The position numbers and the translations under genes are program-made. A stretch of DNA of 64,000 nt. Origin: Bilabrum cf. latius. Taxonomy: Eukaryota. Below, piece by piece: positions 1 through 13,900 of the stretch. Position 1 is the stretch's first letter; each line of letters starts with the position of its first letter. The stretch spans positions 620,001-684,000 of the forward strand of contig OZ237764.1 in assembly GCA_965178125.1 (NCBI GenBank), given 5' to 3'. The notes below the pieces were generated by a model. That model ran no database searches. It saw only the letters and a list, made by a program, of their open reading frames with translations, and was not told where the DNA came from.

Positions 1-723
1 TCCGCAAGCACCACCACGCAGCGGGTGCTGTTCAGCGCGCTGCCCGCACTCCGCAGCGGCGCCACCGGAGCCAGCCACGGGAACTGCGCGGCGCCCGTCT
101 CTGGTTCCGCAGCGATGGACTTGGCGTTGCGGTGCACCATCCGGCCCGTGGGCGCGTGGAGGATGGTGAGCTGCGGAATCTTCTGCACCCTGCACGCCAG
201 GGCCAGCTGCTGGCTCACGGCCCCGGCACCCGCCCCCGCATCGCCGCCGTCTGCGTCAAACCGCAGCATGGGGAAGGGCATGGTCCCGGCGTACTCCTCC
301 GTCTGGCCCCTGTCCGTGTCCGCCGACACGAAGATCACCTCGGACCCGGGCCGGATTGGCTCGTCGGACTTGCTCTCCTCCTCCTTGGCTTCCTGCTCGG
401 CCCCTGACGCTGCCCCGGCTCCAGAGGCGGCTCCAGCCTCGGCATCGGCCGGCGACGCAGCCTTCTCCAGTGCGGAACCGGCGCCGTGCGATCCGATCAT
501 AGCGATGGCGGGATACATGCGCGCCAGCCGGGCAGTGAAGGTCTTGCACGGCTTGCAGAAGGCAGCGCTGAAGTACAGAGCCACGTACTCGCTGCGAGCG
601 CACACCTCCTGTAGCGTCTCTTCTCTCCCGTCCTTGTGCTGGATGACGGCGTCTTTGCGGCGAGCGATCTGGGCGAAGGTGGGCCGGCTGCAGGGGAAGT
701 TCAGTCCGGCGGGATCATCCATG
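1..723 (-). CDS. Host nucleoredoxin/thioredoxin-like protein, copy 1 (3' part runs off the window start)
   Basis: Near-identical to the 4790-5938 copy; encodes VALYFSAAFCKPCKTF. Confidence 0.65.
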
Positions 724-1224
724 ACTTTGGTGTGTTCCGTTTTGCTTCAGCCTCTTGTTTTGCCTTTCAGCTTCTGAGGTCGGCAGGGCTCAGGCGGGTC
801 CAATCACATATGAACGAAGACCCTTTTGCCAATCACGCGACTGTTGCGTTCGATTCATGGAGATTCTGGTTTATTCTAGAAACTGCATCGGATTGGCCAG
901 CGTGTACTTCAGGGCTCAAGCTGAAGCCAAATCTGGTGCGGCTCCATGCAAACGGTACTGGTAAAGATGGCGGCTGTTGCTGCATTCTTGCTAGTGATGC
1001 TAGTGGTCGCTCCTGCAGCTGTGGCCGAAGAGCAAGGAGATTCGTTGATGCTGCGGCATGATACCATGGTACAGCGGCCTGTTGGTATTCCGAAAGCCGC
1101 CAGGAACTTCTAAAAGAGGGAGCAAAAGAGACGAGCTGGCTAGAAAGGGAGGCGCAAGCAAGGAACCTAGCCTTCGGGCGGTCAATCGAGTAAGATCTCA
1201 GCCCAAGGTAGCACAGTCCATTCA

Positions 1225-3267
1225 GTGCTGAAAGTCGGCATGATTTATGCATGGCCGCAGACCTTATCGATTGAGGTAAGTGGCAAACTAGAGCACATCG
1301 ACATGGGTGTCAAGGTTGGCATGACCAGCGATCGTTTCGAGCTTGACAAGCTCGATCCGGACAGCCTGGTCCTAGCCACTCAAGTCGGATTCGGTGCAGA
1401 GGCAGCACAGGCTGCCGGCAGTGCGTCATTCAAGCCATACATCACTCAGGTATCGTCCAAAGATCCGCCGATTGCCGCTGTGGCCGGAAGCTCGGGTCTC
1501 AGCGTCGATTCATAGGGCGCTGGGAGCAAGGCCCAGTCTGGCTAGCCTTCCGGTGCTGTTGATTCTGCGGGTCAATCCGGCACGTTAAAATCTTCATCCT
1601 CTTCCGGTGCTTCGCGCGAGCCGACGTCCACCAGCTCCAGCGCTTGTGCTTAGAAGCCAGCCGCTGGAGCGGAGTTCCCATCCGATGGCACCGGCGCAGT
1701 GGGCTCTGGTGCTGGATAGGACAAGGCTTCGACGGCAACTGGAGGGGCAGCCACCGCGGCCCATAGTGAGCATACCTTGCCTGCCGGTGCATCTGTCGGT
1801 CCCTCAGTGCCCATGAGCGGGGCATCGGCGAGTGCTTCCTACCAGCAGTCCCCAGGTGGTGCCAAGGATGGACAGAAGATCTGGAGCGGCTTCCTCGAAC
1901 TGAGCCACAGGGTTCTATCGCGCGCTCTGGGCACGCTTGCGAGTGGGAATCCCGCCATCCTTAACTTCTGGCGCGAGGAAGTGCAGGGGGACGAGGGATC
2001 AGTCGTGTCATCCGATGGCTCGTCCACGGGGTCATCGCCACACAAGAAGCCGAGGCAATAAGACCACGCCGGGGACGGTTCGGATGGTTAGGACGGTGAC
2101 CATGGTCAGCAAGCCAGTGGTGGCGCGGCTTCCAAAGCAGGGGTGCCCGAAGCCGGCTACCCGCTCAGGATGGTGATGCCGCCCGTCGACGCGGACCAAC
2201 CCATCAGTTCACTCACGAGGATCACCAAGATGTCCACTCTGCTCGTGAGCATGGACCACTTCTTCGCAGCGCATTTCCTGGTAGATGCAGGGCAACATGC
2301 CGGGCCTGCACCGGTGATCCCTGAGCCACTTGATGCGGGCAAGGTGGAGGAGTCATCCAAGGTTGCCCTGGACAAAGCCGGCGATGTGCTTGCCAAGGCT
2401 CGTACCAGCGATGTAGTGCAGCGATTCTTGTCGCGGTTCCCAGACTCGGATGGGGAGACGCATAGCGGACCAGCAAGGTCGGCCGACTCCAGCGGGAGCA
2501 TGGCAATGGCATCCGGGCCGGCGTCTGGGCCTGGTGCAGCAAACCCAGTCCCATGGTCTGGCGCGAAGCGTCCTCGCACGATTGCAGTGCGTGGTGGCAA
2601 GGTCGATCATCCTGCCGGGCAGCCGATGCATTACTCGCATGGCGCGCAAACTGTGGAGAGAATGGCCCACCTGAACCTGCAAGCATTCGGGCTGGTGAAG
2701 CTGGGCTCCCTTGCCGGCACGACGGAGACATTCATACCTCTGGTCCAGGTCACATCTGGGATGACGACTGCCGACCTGAGAACACGTATCACGACTGCAA
2801 TTGATGCCGTGAAAGATGACGCGAAAGTGTTTGCAGTTCTGCTCGACCATGATTTGTTCCGAAGGATCATGCGTGAGGTGTACGCATTCAAGCAGAAGCT
2901 GGCCCCTGGTTGGCGCGCCGGAGGGATCGATCGTTCCAAGCTGAACCAAGACTACATTGCCCATTTGCGCGCTGCACTGACCGAAGCCATGGAGACCTGC
3001 CAATGGGTGGCTCTTTTGGATTCTTTGGTGGACGTGGGCGAGATCGCGATTCGCCTGGCGGAGCTGGGTGTTGTCGTGAACATGCGACCAGCAGAGGGCC
3101 AAGAATGGCTCAAGACCTTCACGCCGTCCAAATTGCAAGACTTCAACGAGATGGACTTGACTCCAGCACCCGATGAAGACGAAATAGCGATTGAGGCCGT
3201 GACATGGGCAGGCCCAATTCACTATGCGCACCACATGCTCCTGCTTAGAGACTGCCCGATGAATTGA
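1225..3267 (+). CDS. Host hypothetical protein, copy 1 (several in-frame TAG, one TAA at 2059-2061; may be a pseudogene or spliced)
   Basis: ORFs 1225-1515, 1777-2061 and 2143-3267 share one frame and are collinear with copies 2 and 3. Confidence 0.45.
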
Positions 3268-3280
3268 AGCGTTTGTCGTA

Positions 3281-4323
3281 TCATACTTGCTGCTTGCTTC
3301 TGACACCCATCAACACACGCACGCAGTCCGCATGGCCTCCCGCCCTTGCTGCTTCCAGCACGTCCATATCCACACCATCCACCACCCCGATCACCCACGC
3401 CCCACCAGCCAACTTGCCAAGCCTCAGCCGCTTCTCCAGCTCCATGGGCCTCCCCTCCCTCGCGGCCTGAAACACCATCGAGGCATCCCTGTGCGCTTCA
3501 TGTGCCCGCCGCCACCGCACCAGCTGGTCCCCCCGTCTGGGATCCAGGTGCTTCACACGAGCCAGCTCCCCTGCGGGCACTAGCTCAAAAAGCTTGCCCA
3601 GCACCTCTCGGGGCCTGGCTCCCCGCTTGCTGCTGTACAGAGCTTTAGGCACCGGCAAATGCTCCGTCATGCTCCCGTACGACTTGTGCGATTGCGTTTC
3701 CCTGCATGCCACATCCAGCCACGTCGCACCGGTCTCGCTGTCTAGCCCTTGTTGGTACACCCTTGACCCCCAGTGCAGGAGGATCGCGAGAGAGGCAGCT
3801 GATTTATAATCGCATGCTTGCCGTACAGCATAGACTACTACAGCTCGCCGCTACCGATCAAACCAGAATCTCAATATCTCTTCATGCGTCAAAGACTACC
3901 AACCTGTATCCAGGGTACCGGCTCGACACATATACTCGAGGGATTGCAGCGCGCTTTGGCGTATGAAGCTCGTAACCAGTGGCACTTGTTTCTGCGTGAT
4001 ATCGATCAATGCGAGCTCAATCAGTCACTCACTGAACTTTCACTATCCAAGGCAGGACACTAGCATAACATGAGGCACGGGGTAGACTTCTTGCTCACAC
4101 ATCGCAATCTTGCAGACTTTGACAGAGCTCGCTACAGCACTGCAGGGCGATCGAACGCTCCAAGTGCATCAGTTATACTCATAAACTGCGTGAAAGGAAG
4201 ACACTCTGTGTTCCAATGAACCATGGCGACAATTGCTGTGCATGTCTTGACTAGATTTGCATCGTGCTCACGCTGTGGAGCTCGCCATCGAGTGTCAAGT
4301 TCCTGGGCCAATGTGTCCTGCAT
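3281..4323 (-). CDS. Host hypothetical gene (probably spliced), C-terminal ankyrin-like segment, copy 1
   Basis: C-terminal LEAARAGGHADCVRVL; upstream ALGAFDRPAVL block conserved in all three copies and followed by a GTGAG donor-like site. 5' end uncertain. Confidence 0.4.
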
Positions 4324-4789
4324 AGCTTCGCTTCATACTTATCGAACAATGCAATGGCGACGGCATCATTGCGATCATTCAAGGCTTGAAGAAAGCGCCT
4401 TTTCAATGCTGCCCATTCCCTGCAACCAATAAAACCGAAGATTGTAGCAGAAATTTCAATCAGGAATGATACAGCAAAAGCTCATATATGCACCCATACA
4501 ATAAGCCCTACACACCTCATCTGGTCAACGCAGCTATTCTCAGGGCAGTCCTCGCGTGGACGATAGCCAACCCGAAGTGTACTTGTGTAAGCCTCTCTCA
4601 AGGATTCACGCGATACCATCCTACACAACTATCCACACTTTGCAAACGAGTAAATGCGAACTCAAGCTCAAATGTATTGTTGTGTCCAGACACCAGCAAA
4701 CTATGATTGATACTTTAGCTTCTGTGAGAGTGAGAACCAAACAAACCTTCCACCGCCGGCGTGACCAAAGAGCACCTAGCAAGGCAACC

Positions 4790-5938
4790 TCAGAATCCCA
4801 CACCAGCTATCGACCCGCCCTCCACACCCTCCACAAACGCACTCAAATCGAAACTACTAGGCACTTCACCACAACCAGACCCTCCCGCACTAGCCTTGCA
4901 ACCAGCCGATGCAACGGATGGCCCGCCAGCCCCACCATCACCAGCCCCGCCATCATGCGCTCCGCCCCCCAGCACGAACTTCACCTGCCGAGGCACATCC
5001 AGCACGACCACCCGCACCGAATCATCACCGTCCCCGTCCCGCACCCAGGCCTTGTCGCACGCCATCCGCACCTCGTCCGCAGCCGTGTCGTCCTCGGGCC
5101 CCGCGAAGAAGAAGCGCGTCTGCCCCTCCGCCCCCCTCGTCACGTCGAACCGCCGACTGGCCACCTCCTCCAGCGCAGAGCGGAGTTTCTCCGATTTCTC
5201 CGCGTCCGTCATCCTGTCTGCAAGCACCACCACGCAGCGGGTGCTGTTGAGCGCGCTGCCCGCACTCCGCAGCGGCGCCACCGGAGCCAGCCACGGGAAC
5301 TGCGCGGCGCCCGTCTCTGGTTCCGCAGCGATGGACTTGGCGTTGCGGTGCACCATCCGGCCCGTGGGCGCGTGGATGATGGTGAGCTGCGGGATCTTCT
5401 GCACCCTGCACGCCAGGGCCAGCTGCTGGCTCACGGCCCCGGCACCCGCCCCCGCTTCGCCGCCGTCTGCGTCAAACCGCAGCATGGGGAAGGGCATGGT
5501 CCCGGCGTACTCCTCCGTCTGGCCCCTGTCCGTGTCCGCCGACACGAAGATCACCTCGGAGCCGGGCCGGATCGGCTCGTCGGACTTGCTCTCCTCCTCC
5601 TTGGCTTCCTGCTCGGCCCCTGACGCTGCCCCGGCTCCAGAGGCGGCTCCAGCCTCGGCATCGGCCGGCGACGCAGCCTTCGCCGGTGCGGAACCGGCGC
5701 CGCGCGATCCGATCATAGCGATACCGGGGTACATGCCCGCCAGTCGAGGAGTGAAGGTCTTGCACGGCTTGCAGAAGGCAGCGCTGAAGTACAGAGCCAC
5801 GTACTCGCTGCGAGCGCACACCTCCTGTTGCGTCTCTTCTCTCCCGTCCTTGTGCTGGATGACGGCGTCTTTGCGGCGAGCGATCTGGGCGAAGGTGGGC
5901 CGGCTGCAGGGGAAGTTCAGTCCGGCGGAATCATCCAT
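4790..5938 (-). CDS. Host nucleoredoxin/thioredoxin-like protein, copy 2
   Basis: 382-aa ORF with YVALYFSAAFCKPCKTFTPRL (CxxC), EVIFVSAD and VQKIPQL, typical of the tryparedoxin/nucleoredoxin fold. Confidence 0.75.
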   Translation of the reverse strand: MDDSAGLNFPCSRPTFAQIARRKDAVIQHKDGREETQQEVCARSEYVALYFSAAFCKPCKTFTPRLAGMYPGIAMIGSRGAGSAPAKAASPADAEAGAASGAGAASGAEQEAKEEESKSDEPIRPGSEVIFVSADTDRGQTEEYAGTMPFPMLRFDADGGEAGAGAGAVSQQLALACRVQKIPQLTIIHAPTGRMVHRNAKSIAAEPETGAAQFPWLAPVAPLRSAGSALNSTRCVVVLADRMTDAEKSEKLRSALEEVASRRFDVTRGAEGQTRFFFAGPEDDTAADEVRMACDKAWVRDGDGDDSVRVVVLDVPRQVKFVLGGGAHDGGAGDGGAGGPSVASAGCKASAGGSGCGEVPSSFDLSAFVEGVEGGSIAGVGF

Positions 5939-6381
5939 GACTTCGGTGCGTTCCGTTTTGCTTCAGCCTCTTGTTTTGCCTTTTGCCAATCACGCGATTG
6001 TTGCGTTCGATTCATGGAGACTCTGGTTTATTCTAGAAACTGCATCGGATTGGCCAGCGTGTACTTCAGGGCTCAAGCTGAAGCTAAATCTGGTGCGGCT
6101 CCATGCAAACGGTACTGGTAAAGATGGCGGCTGTTGCTGCATTCTTGCTAGTGATGCTAGCGTTCGCTCCTGCAGCTTTGGCCGAAGAGCAAGGAGATTC
6201 GTTGATGCTGCGGGAAAATACCATGGTGCAGCGACCTGACGGTATTCCGTAATCCGCCAGGAACTTCTTAAAGAGGGAGCAAAAGAGACGATCTGGCTAG
6301 AAAGGGCGGCGCAAGCAAGGAACCTAGCCTTAGGGCGGTCAATCGAGTAAGATCTCAGCCCAAGGTAGCACAGTCCATTCA

Positions 6382-8433
6382 GTGCTGAAAGTCGGCATGA
6401 TTTATGCATGGCCGCGGATCTTATCGGTTGAGGTAAGTGGCAAACTAGAGCACATCGACATGGGTGTCAAGGTCGGCATGACCAGCGATCGTTTCGAGCT
6501 TGACAAGCTCGATCCGGACAGCCTGGTCCTAGCCACCCAAGTCGGATTCGGTGCAGAGGCAGCACAGTCTGCCGGCAGTGCGTCATTCGAGCCATACATC
6601 ACTCAGGTATCGTCCACAGATCCGCCGATTGCCGCTCTGGCCGGAAGCTCGGGTCTCAGCGTCGATTCACGGGGCGCTGGGAGCAAGGCCCAGTCTGGCT
6701 AGCCTTCCGGTGCTGCTGATTCTGCGGGTCAATCCGGCCCCTAGGAGTATGAATCCTCTCCCGGTGCTCCGCGCGAGCCGACGTCCACCAGCTCCAGCGC
6801 CTCTTTGCAGCAGCCAGCCACTAGAGCGGAGTTCCCATCCGATGGCACCGGCGCAGTGGGCTCTGGTGCTGGATAGGAGAAGGCTTCGACGGCAACTGGA
6901 GAGGCGGCCAGCGCGGCCCATGGTGAGCATACCTTGCCTGCCGGTGCATCTGTCGGTCTCTCAGTGCCCATGAGCGGGGCGTCGGCGAGTGCTTCCTACC
7001 AGCAGTCCCCAGGTGGTGCCAAGGATGGACAGAAGATCTGGAGCGGCTTCCTCGAACTGAGCCACAGGGTTCTATCGCGCGCTCTGGACACGCTTGGGAG
7101 TGGGAATCCCGCCATCCTCAACTTCTGGCGCGAGGAAGTGCAGGGAGACGAAAGATCAGTCGTGTCATCCGATGGCTCGTCCACGGGGTCATCGCCACAC
7201 AAGAAGCCGAGGCAAGAAGACCACGCCGGGGACGGTTCGGATGGTGAGGACGGTGACCATGGCCAGCAAGCCAGTGGTGGCGCGGCTTCCAAAGCAGGGG
7301 TGCCCGAAGCCGGCTACCCGCTCAGGATGGTGATGCCGCCCGTCGACGCGGACCAACCCATCAGTTCACTCACGAGGATCACCAAGATGTCCACTCTGCT
7401 CGTGAGCATGGACCACTTCTTCGCAGCGCATTTCCTGGTAGATGCAGGGCAACATGCCGGGTCTGCACCGGTAATCCCTGAGCCACTTGATGCGGGCAAG
7501 GTGGAGGCGTCATCCAAGGTTGCCCTGGACAAAGCCGGCGATGTGCTTGCCAAAGCTGGCTCCAGCGATTTGTTGGATGCAGTACAGCGATTCTTGTCGC
7601 GGTTCCCAGACTCGGATGGGGAGAAGCATAGCGGACCAGCAAGGTCGGCTGAGTCCATCGGGAGCATGGCAATGGCATCCGGGCCGGCGTCTGGGTCTGG
7701 TGCAGCAGAACCAGACCCACGGTCTGGCGCAAAGCGTCCTCGCACGATTGCAGTGCGTGGTGGCAAGGTCGATCATCCTGCCGGGCAGCCCATGCATTAC
7801 TCGCATGGCGCGCAGACTGTGGAGAGGATGGCCCACCTGAACCTGCAAGCGTTCGGGCTGGTGAAGCTGGGCAACCTTGCTGGCACGACGGAGACATTCA
7901 TACCTCTGGTCCAGGTCACATCTGGGATGACGACTGCCGACCTGAGAACACGCATCACGACTGCAATTGATGCCGTGAAAGATGACGCGAAAGTGTTTGC
8001 AGTTCTGCTCGACCATGATTTGTTCCGAAGGATCATGCGTGAGGTGTACGCATTCAAGCGAAAGCTGGCCCCTGGTTGGCGCGCCGGAGGGATCGACCTC
8101 CCCACGCTGAACCAAGTGTACATTGCCCACTTGCAGACTGCGCTGAACGCAGCCATGGAGACCTGCCAACGAGTGGCTCCAGTGGATTCTTTGGTGGACG
8201 TGGGCGAGATCGCGATTCGCCTGGCGGAGCTGGGCGTTGTCGTGAACATGCGACCAGAAGAAAACCAAGAATGGCTTAAGGGTGTTAAGTCATCACAATT
8301 GCGGTCATTCGTTGAAGTAACGCTTCGGCGGCCAGACAGTCGACGTGAAGCGGCTATAACAGCCATGACTTGGGCAGGCCCAATCCACCATGCGCACCAC
8401 ATGCTCCTGCTTAGAGACTGCCCGATGAATTGA
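6382..8433 (+). CDS. Host hypothetical protein, copy 2 (ORFs 6382-6702 and 6934-8433 joined in frame across TAG codons)
   Basis: Only TAG codons separate the two ORFs; ends in TGA. A signal-peptide-like MAAVAAFLLVMLAFAPAALA starts in the same frame at 6124. Confidence 0.5.
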
Positions 8434-8441
8434 AGCGTTTG

Positions 8442-9109
8442 TCATACTTGCTGCTTGCTTCTGACACCCATCAACACACTCACGCAGTCCGCATGGCCTC
8501 CCGCCCTTGCTGCTTCCAGCACGTCCATAGCCACACCATCCACCACCCCGATCACCCACGCCCCACCAGCCAACTTGCCAAGCCTCAGCCGCTTCTCCAG
8601 CTCCATGGGCCTCCCCTCCCTCGCGGCCTGAAACACCATCGAGGCATCCCTGTGCGCCTCATGTGCCCGCCGCCACCGCACCAGCTGGTCCCCCCGTCTG
8701 GGATCCAGGTGCTTCACACGAGCCAGCTCCCCTGCGGGCACTAGCTCAAAAAGATTGCCCAGCACCTCCCGGGGCCTGGCTCCCCGCTTGCTGCTGTACA
8801 GAGCTTTAGGCACCGGCAAATGCTCCGTCATGCTCCCGTACGACTTGTGCGATTCCGTTTCTCTGCATGCCACATCCAGCCACGTCGCACCGGTCTCGCT
8901 GTCTAGCCCTTGTTGGTACACCCTTGTACCCCAGCGCAGGAGAATCGCGAGCGAGGCAGCTGATTTCTCATCGCATGCTTGGAGTGCAGCATACACAGAT
9001 ACCGCTAGCAGCTCCCGGTCAAACCAGAATTTGCGTATATCCTCATGCAACACTGTTGGCCAACCCGTATCTAAGATGCCAGCCCGACACACGTACTCGA
9101 GGGATCGCA
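8442..9109 (-). pseudogene. 3' part of host minus-strand gene copy 2, interrupted by the virophage (5' part lies right of 56503)
   Basis: Frame is open up to the junction; rejoining the flanks gives VKLILSLIRHGALRSLEYVCRAG, and the IRHGALRSLEYV core matches the uninterrupted copy near 63600. Confidence 0.55.
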
Positions 9110-9531
9110 CCCCCCCGCTACGGTAATAAATAAATTTATTCCCTTCGGTTAAGGAAACAAGTTTCAATAATTACGTTCAGTCAGAGCTAAAGCTCTTCCC
9201 TCTCTCCATTCCTTTTCTCGCTAGTCGCTCCAAAAGTCAAGGTGAGCCTCTTCATACTGCTACTTCATATAACTGCTTTATCCTTCTAATTATATAAAAT
9301 CAATTATATATAAAACTCTATACGATGACCATATCCATAAATTGCGTATTAGTATATGTAAGTTCTAATCAAAACGTGGATGTAGCCCTCTTGTGAAGGT
9401 GTTATGGGACTCTAGCCATTTTCTAGCCAAAAGTTCCATCACTTTATGGGACTCCATTATTCAACCTTCTAAACTACCTTCATTATACCCCCTTATCCTC
9501 GCTTATACCTTCACAAATGGAACAAACGCGC
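9110..9531 (+). repeat. Left terminal inverted repeat of outer virophage
   Basis: Reverse complement of 56073-56498 with a few mismatches/indels. Confidence 0.95.
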
Positions 9532-9810
9532 AACAGCAACTCGCTACACTCGTCATCGTCAAAATGAACCTGAACCTGAATATTGGAGTTCAGCATTTCT
9601 TAGGAAATATGAGGGTCTAACCAACAGGATTTAATATTAAAGTTTAAACCTTTATTAAGGGTGTATATGTTTTAAAGTATTAATCTATGCCTATACATCA
9701 CATAACCCCCATCATAACCCTAGTCTATAGGCTAAGGATAACCCCCACATAACCCCCCCACCTCTAAGCGTTTTTTTAAAACTCAAAAATTATAACTTAG
9801 TATTATAGAT

Positions 9811-10581
9811 ATGAACTTTAATAATTATGTCATTGAAAATCCCGTCCTAATGAAGCAGATTTATAAGGCTACAGACCATATTACAGATAGTACGCAAAAA
9901 ATTTTAGAGACCATTACTACGTATGTAGATTTAGGTGGTAAGTTTACAAAACCTAAATTAATTAATAAAAATATAGTTAGTGATATTAAAGAGAAAAAAG
10001 CCGTCAAAAAACCCAAGAAAGAAGAGAAACAGAAGACACAACACGATAATAACGACCAGCTTGAAATTAACCAAACATACATTCTAGATAAATTTAATGA
10101 CTATAAACCACAGAATAATAAAATTTATAATGATGTAGATGATTTACAACCGCCAGAATTAATTAGATAGACCGCAATAGATGAAAAATTAACCGGTATG
10201 GAGCCTGACAGTGAAAGTGAAATAAACAGCGTTAGTACCGAACAAGACTAGATAGAAGCAGAAACTGATGACGAAATGATACCTGAGGAAGAGAAAAAAA
10301 TAATAGGTGATTTAATTAAATTAGAGAATCAGGATTATAGGTATAAAGTGTCCGTAAATGGAAATGATGTATTTTTTGGTGAAATTAATTTACCCGATGT
10401 AGAGGCTCTTAAGAAATAGTTTAGCCCTCGTAAATTACAAATTATGATTTGTAAAATTAAAAGGAATTATAATATTAATAATAGCGATGATATCAACAGC
10501 CCTGAGTTTTGGAATAGCCGGGTATATTTGACCCTTGATGTGAAGGCCGAACACGAAAAACTACAAGATATCTATAATTAA
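9811..10581 (+). CDS. Virophage hypothetical protein (256 aa with TAG=Gln)
   Basis: Open frame through 3 TAG to TAA; C-terminal NSPEFWNSRVYL resembles SPAFWSRFVLW in the 21176 gene. Confidence 0.7.
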
Positions 10582-10944
10582 AAGCCCCTACAACTTAATA
10601 AACGGGCTAGAATTTAATAAAATATTTTAATATAACCGCTATATTAAAATCTATACGATGGCTATATCCACAAATTGCGTATAATTATATAGTATTTCTA
10701 GCAAAATGTGGATGTAGGGCCTCTTGTGAAGGTGGTATGGGACCTTTAGATAATTTTTTAAAATAGTTCCATCACTTGAGAAGGTGTTAAAATACACCAT
10801 TCATATCTCAATCTATTTTTTAGGGCTAAATGGCAAAAATCACCTTTTACCTTCATTAATTATTATAGCCCCTTTAAGCCCTCTATAATTAAATATGGCG
10901 TTTAAAATAGTTTAAAAATATATTTCTAATAATATATATAGAAA

Positions 10945-13900
10945 ATGAATAATAAAAACCTCGTTAGTTTCCCCATCAAGCACAATCAAAAAATACCTGA
11001 TGTTAAAAGCTGGCGATATCTCACCAAACCCGAGCCTAAACGATTTAATAATCAGAATATGGCAATTATCACCGGAGAAATTAATAATATAACCGTGTTT
11101 GATATTGATTCATATAAATGGAGCGATAAGAAGGAGCATTTATTCATCAAGAAATTTTCAGATGACTTTGTGAAGCGGTTCAACACATTCACGGTTAAAA
11201 CAGCGGGTGGAGGGTATCATTTATATTTTAAATATGATTAGAATATATTAACTACCACCAATAGAGATATTGACGTTGATATTCGTAATGATGGGGCTTA
11301 TGTAGTGGCACCACCAAGTGGCATAAATGGGTCAAAATACGAAGTTATTAATAATGTAGAAATAAAAAAATGTCCTAAGGAGCTTTATAAATTTTATGAA
11401 AAGTATATTATTAAATCCTCTAAGAAATCCAACGTAAAAGGGGCGAGTAAAAGGATATCAAAAATTGATAATCAAGATGTGAATAACTGTATGATGAAAT
11501 TCATTTTAAATGGTAAAGACTGGTCAATTATATTAAATAGATTAGATAAGAAATATTTAAATAATTATAGTGATTGGTATAAAGCAACCCTAGCGAGTAA
11601 ATATTTAGGATTTAAGAAGGAATGGTAGGAGTGGAGCAAGAAGGGCAATAAATACGACTACCACAAAAATAACAAGGTGTGGAACTCTATCCATTATTTT
11701 GATAAGTTAAAAACCTTTAATTTAGTTAATTCAATAATTTAGAATGATAAAAGTTTAAAGGCATTTGTGAAAGATAAGTATATTTCAAAGTGTTATTATC
11801 GTCCTTATGACGAGAATATTAACGGGTATACAGAAATTAATAAACCTAAATTAGATGATATAGAGAAGCCCGAACGATTTTTTAAATATGAATATAATTA
11901 TGTGGTAAAAAGTGATACAGGAACAGGTAAAACAACAGCATTTAAGAAATACATTAAACAGGTTCAAACGCCGTTCTTATCCATTGTATCCCGTGTATGT
12001 TTAGGCACAGAGCAATACGAGAGCTTTTTAAATGAAGATATTAAATGTGAGTTCTACCAGAATAAAACTTTTGATTTTGGATAGTCTCTTATTATTACGC
12101 CGGAAAGTATCCCCCAAATTGTGAATTATGATTTTTCTAAATACATCGTATTTTTGGATGAATTCAATAGTATTATAGAGCATATATTAAGTTCTACCAC
12201 GATGAATAATAATAGGGTTCTTGTATTATTTATTATTTTAAAAATGATCCGAACGTGTAAATAGTTTATTGCTGTAGATGCTGACATATCCCAGATAGCG
12301 ATGAAATTTTTAAAATGTGCTGGAGTAGAATTTAGCTTCATTAAGAATAAATATAAGCATTTTAAGGACGTAAAAGTATATTTTGAAAAAGACCAATAGA
12401 AATTTTACGATAAATTAAAAAGTGAAGATAAATTTATACTGGCGTGTGATAGCAAGAAGAACGCAGATACATTTTATAAAATGTTATGTAAAGATGGTAT
12501 AGAGGACGTTAAATTAATTACTAGTGATTTATTACCTGATGAGGATGTGAGCTTAGATAAATATGATAAAATTATATTTAGTCCTAAAGTCATTTACGGA
12601 TTAGATAGTGTAATGGAGCGCCCAGTGTATGGATTATATAAAGGAAAAACGATTCTACCGCCGTAGATGATGTAGCAACTGGCAAGATGTAGAAATCCCG
12701 AATATATGAATATATATTTTGAAGATGTAAAATCCATTTATCCAAGATATGAGAATTTAAAGGAGGTATAGACGACCTTAAATATGGAAATTAACGCATA
12801 GACAGATTTATATACTAAATTAGAAAAATACGAAAAAAGGATAATGTAGGAGAATGATATTGACATTGATATTTTTGAGGGAGAAGATGATGAAGAGATA
12901 GCCCATAAAGCAATGATAGAGGCATCATATAAGGTTTATTTACCACTCAAGAAATTATATAATTTCAAATGTGATACATACGAAACAAATAAATATATTC
13001 ATTTATAGCTTATTCTTAAAAACAGGGGTGCCGATGTATAGGTGGATAAGGAATTACCACAACGAATGAATAAATAGCAGATGAAAGAGGCGACAATGGA
13101 GATACTACAAGAATAGATTAATTCATTTGATGTAGAGAACGACCATATAAAAAGAAGAATTGAAATTTTAGGGCTACCAGAGATAGCCATAACGGAGGAT
13201 ATTAAAATGTTATTAATTGATAATTACAAATTAATGAATTATTTTAATTATGCTAATTTTAAGAGAAAAGATAAATATAAACTAATGACAGAATTAAAGG
13301 ATAGAAAGGATTTTAAGGATGAGAAAGCAAAAAGTACAAAGAATAAAATAATCATATTGTAGGAGATGTTATAGACGCTTAAATTGAATAAATTTGATTT
13401 AAGTTATACACGTAAAAATGAGAAATCCATTAAATATATAGAAATGGGTAAAAGATATGTAGAAGTAAGCGGGGCGAGATTATAGAAGCCAATAGAAACC
13501 GATAGTGAATTACACGGGGCAATAGTAAAATTATATAAGTAGTTATTTGGAAATATCAAAACCTCCTGGAGTATGGGGAATAAAAAGGATAAAAAGGATA
13601 GAGAATTAAGAATTAAATTCACCAAGGAGAAAGAATTATTTGATGAAGTTTATTAATGCTAACGCCGAATGGGGTTCGGGGTTGATGTGGCGATGCGTTC
13701 GAGACTCGAACACAGGCTCCGGTCTACCAACGCGAGGTTGCAACCGCCAGTGCGACCAGCAGCTTGCGAGGCATTCCCTCGTCTCCTTCCTTAGGGAAGG
13801 GGGCGGGGCAGCGCGGCAGTGGCCGTTCCGGCTCATGCCGTTGTTTTGTTTAGTATTTATGTTCGGTTTGGTGCTCACACGGGTAGTGCTTAACGCCGTG

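Noticed and set aside
25-6239. Long plus-strand ORFs 25-777, 4556-5623, 4761-6239 (and 59301-60440)
   Set aside because: Antisense shadows of the GC-rich nucleoredoxin-like gene.
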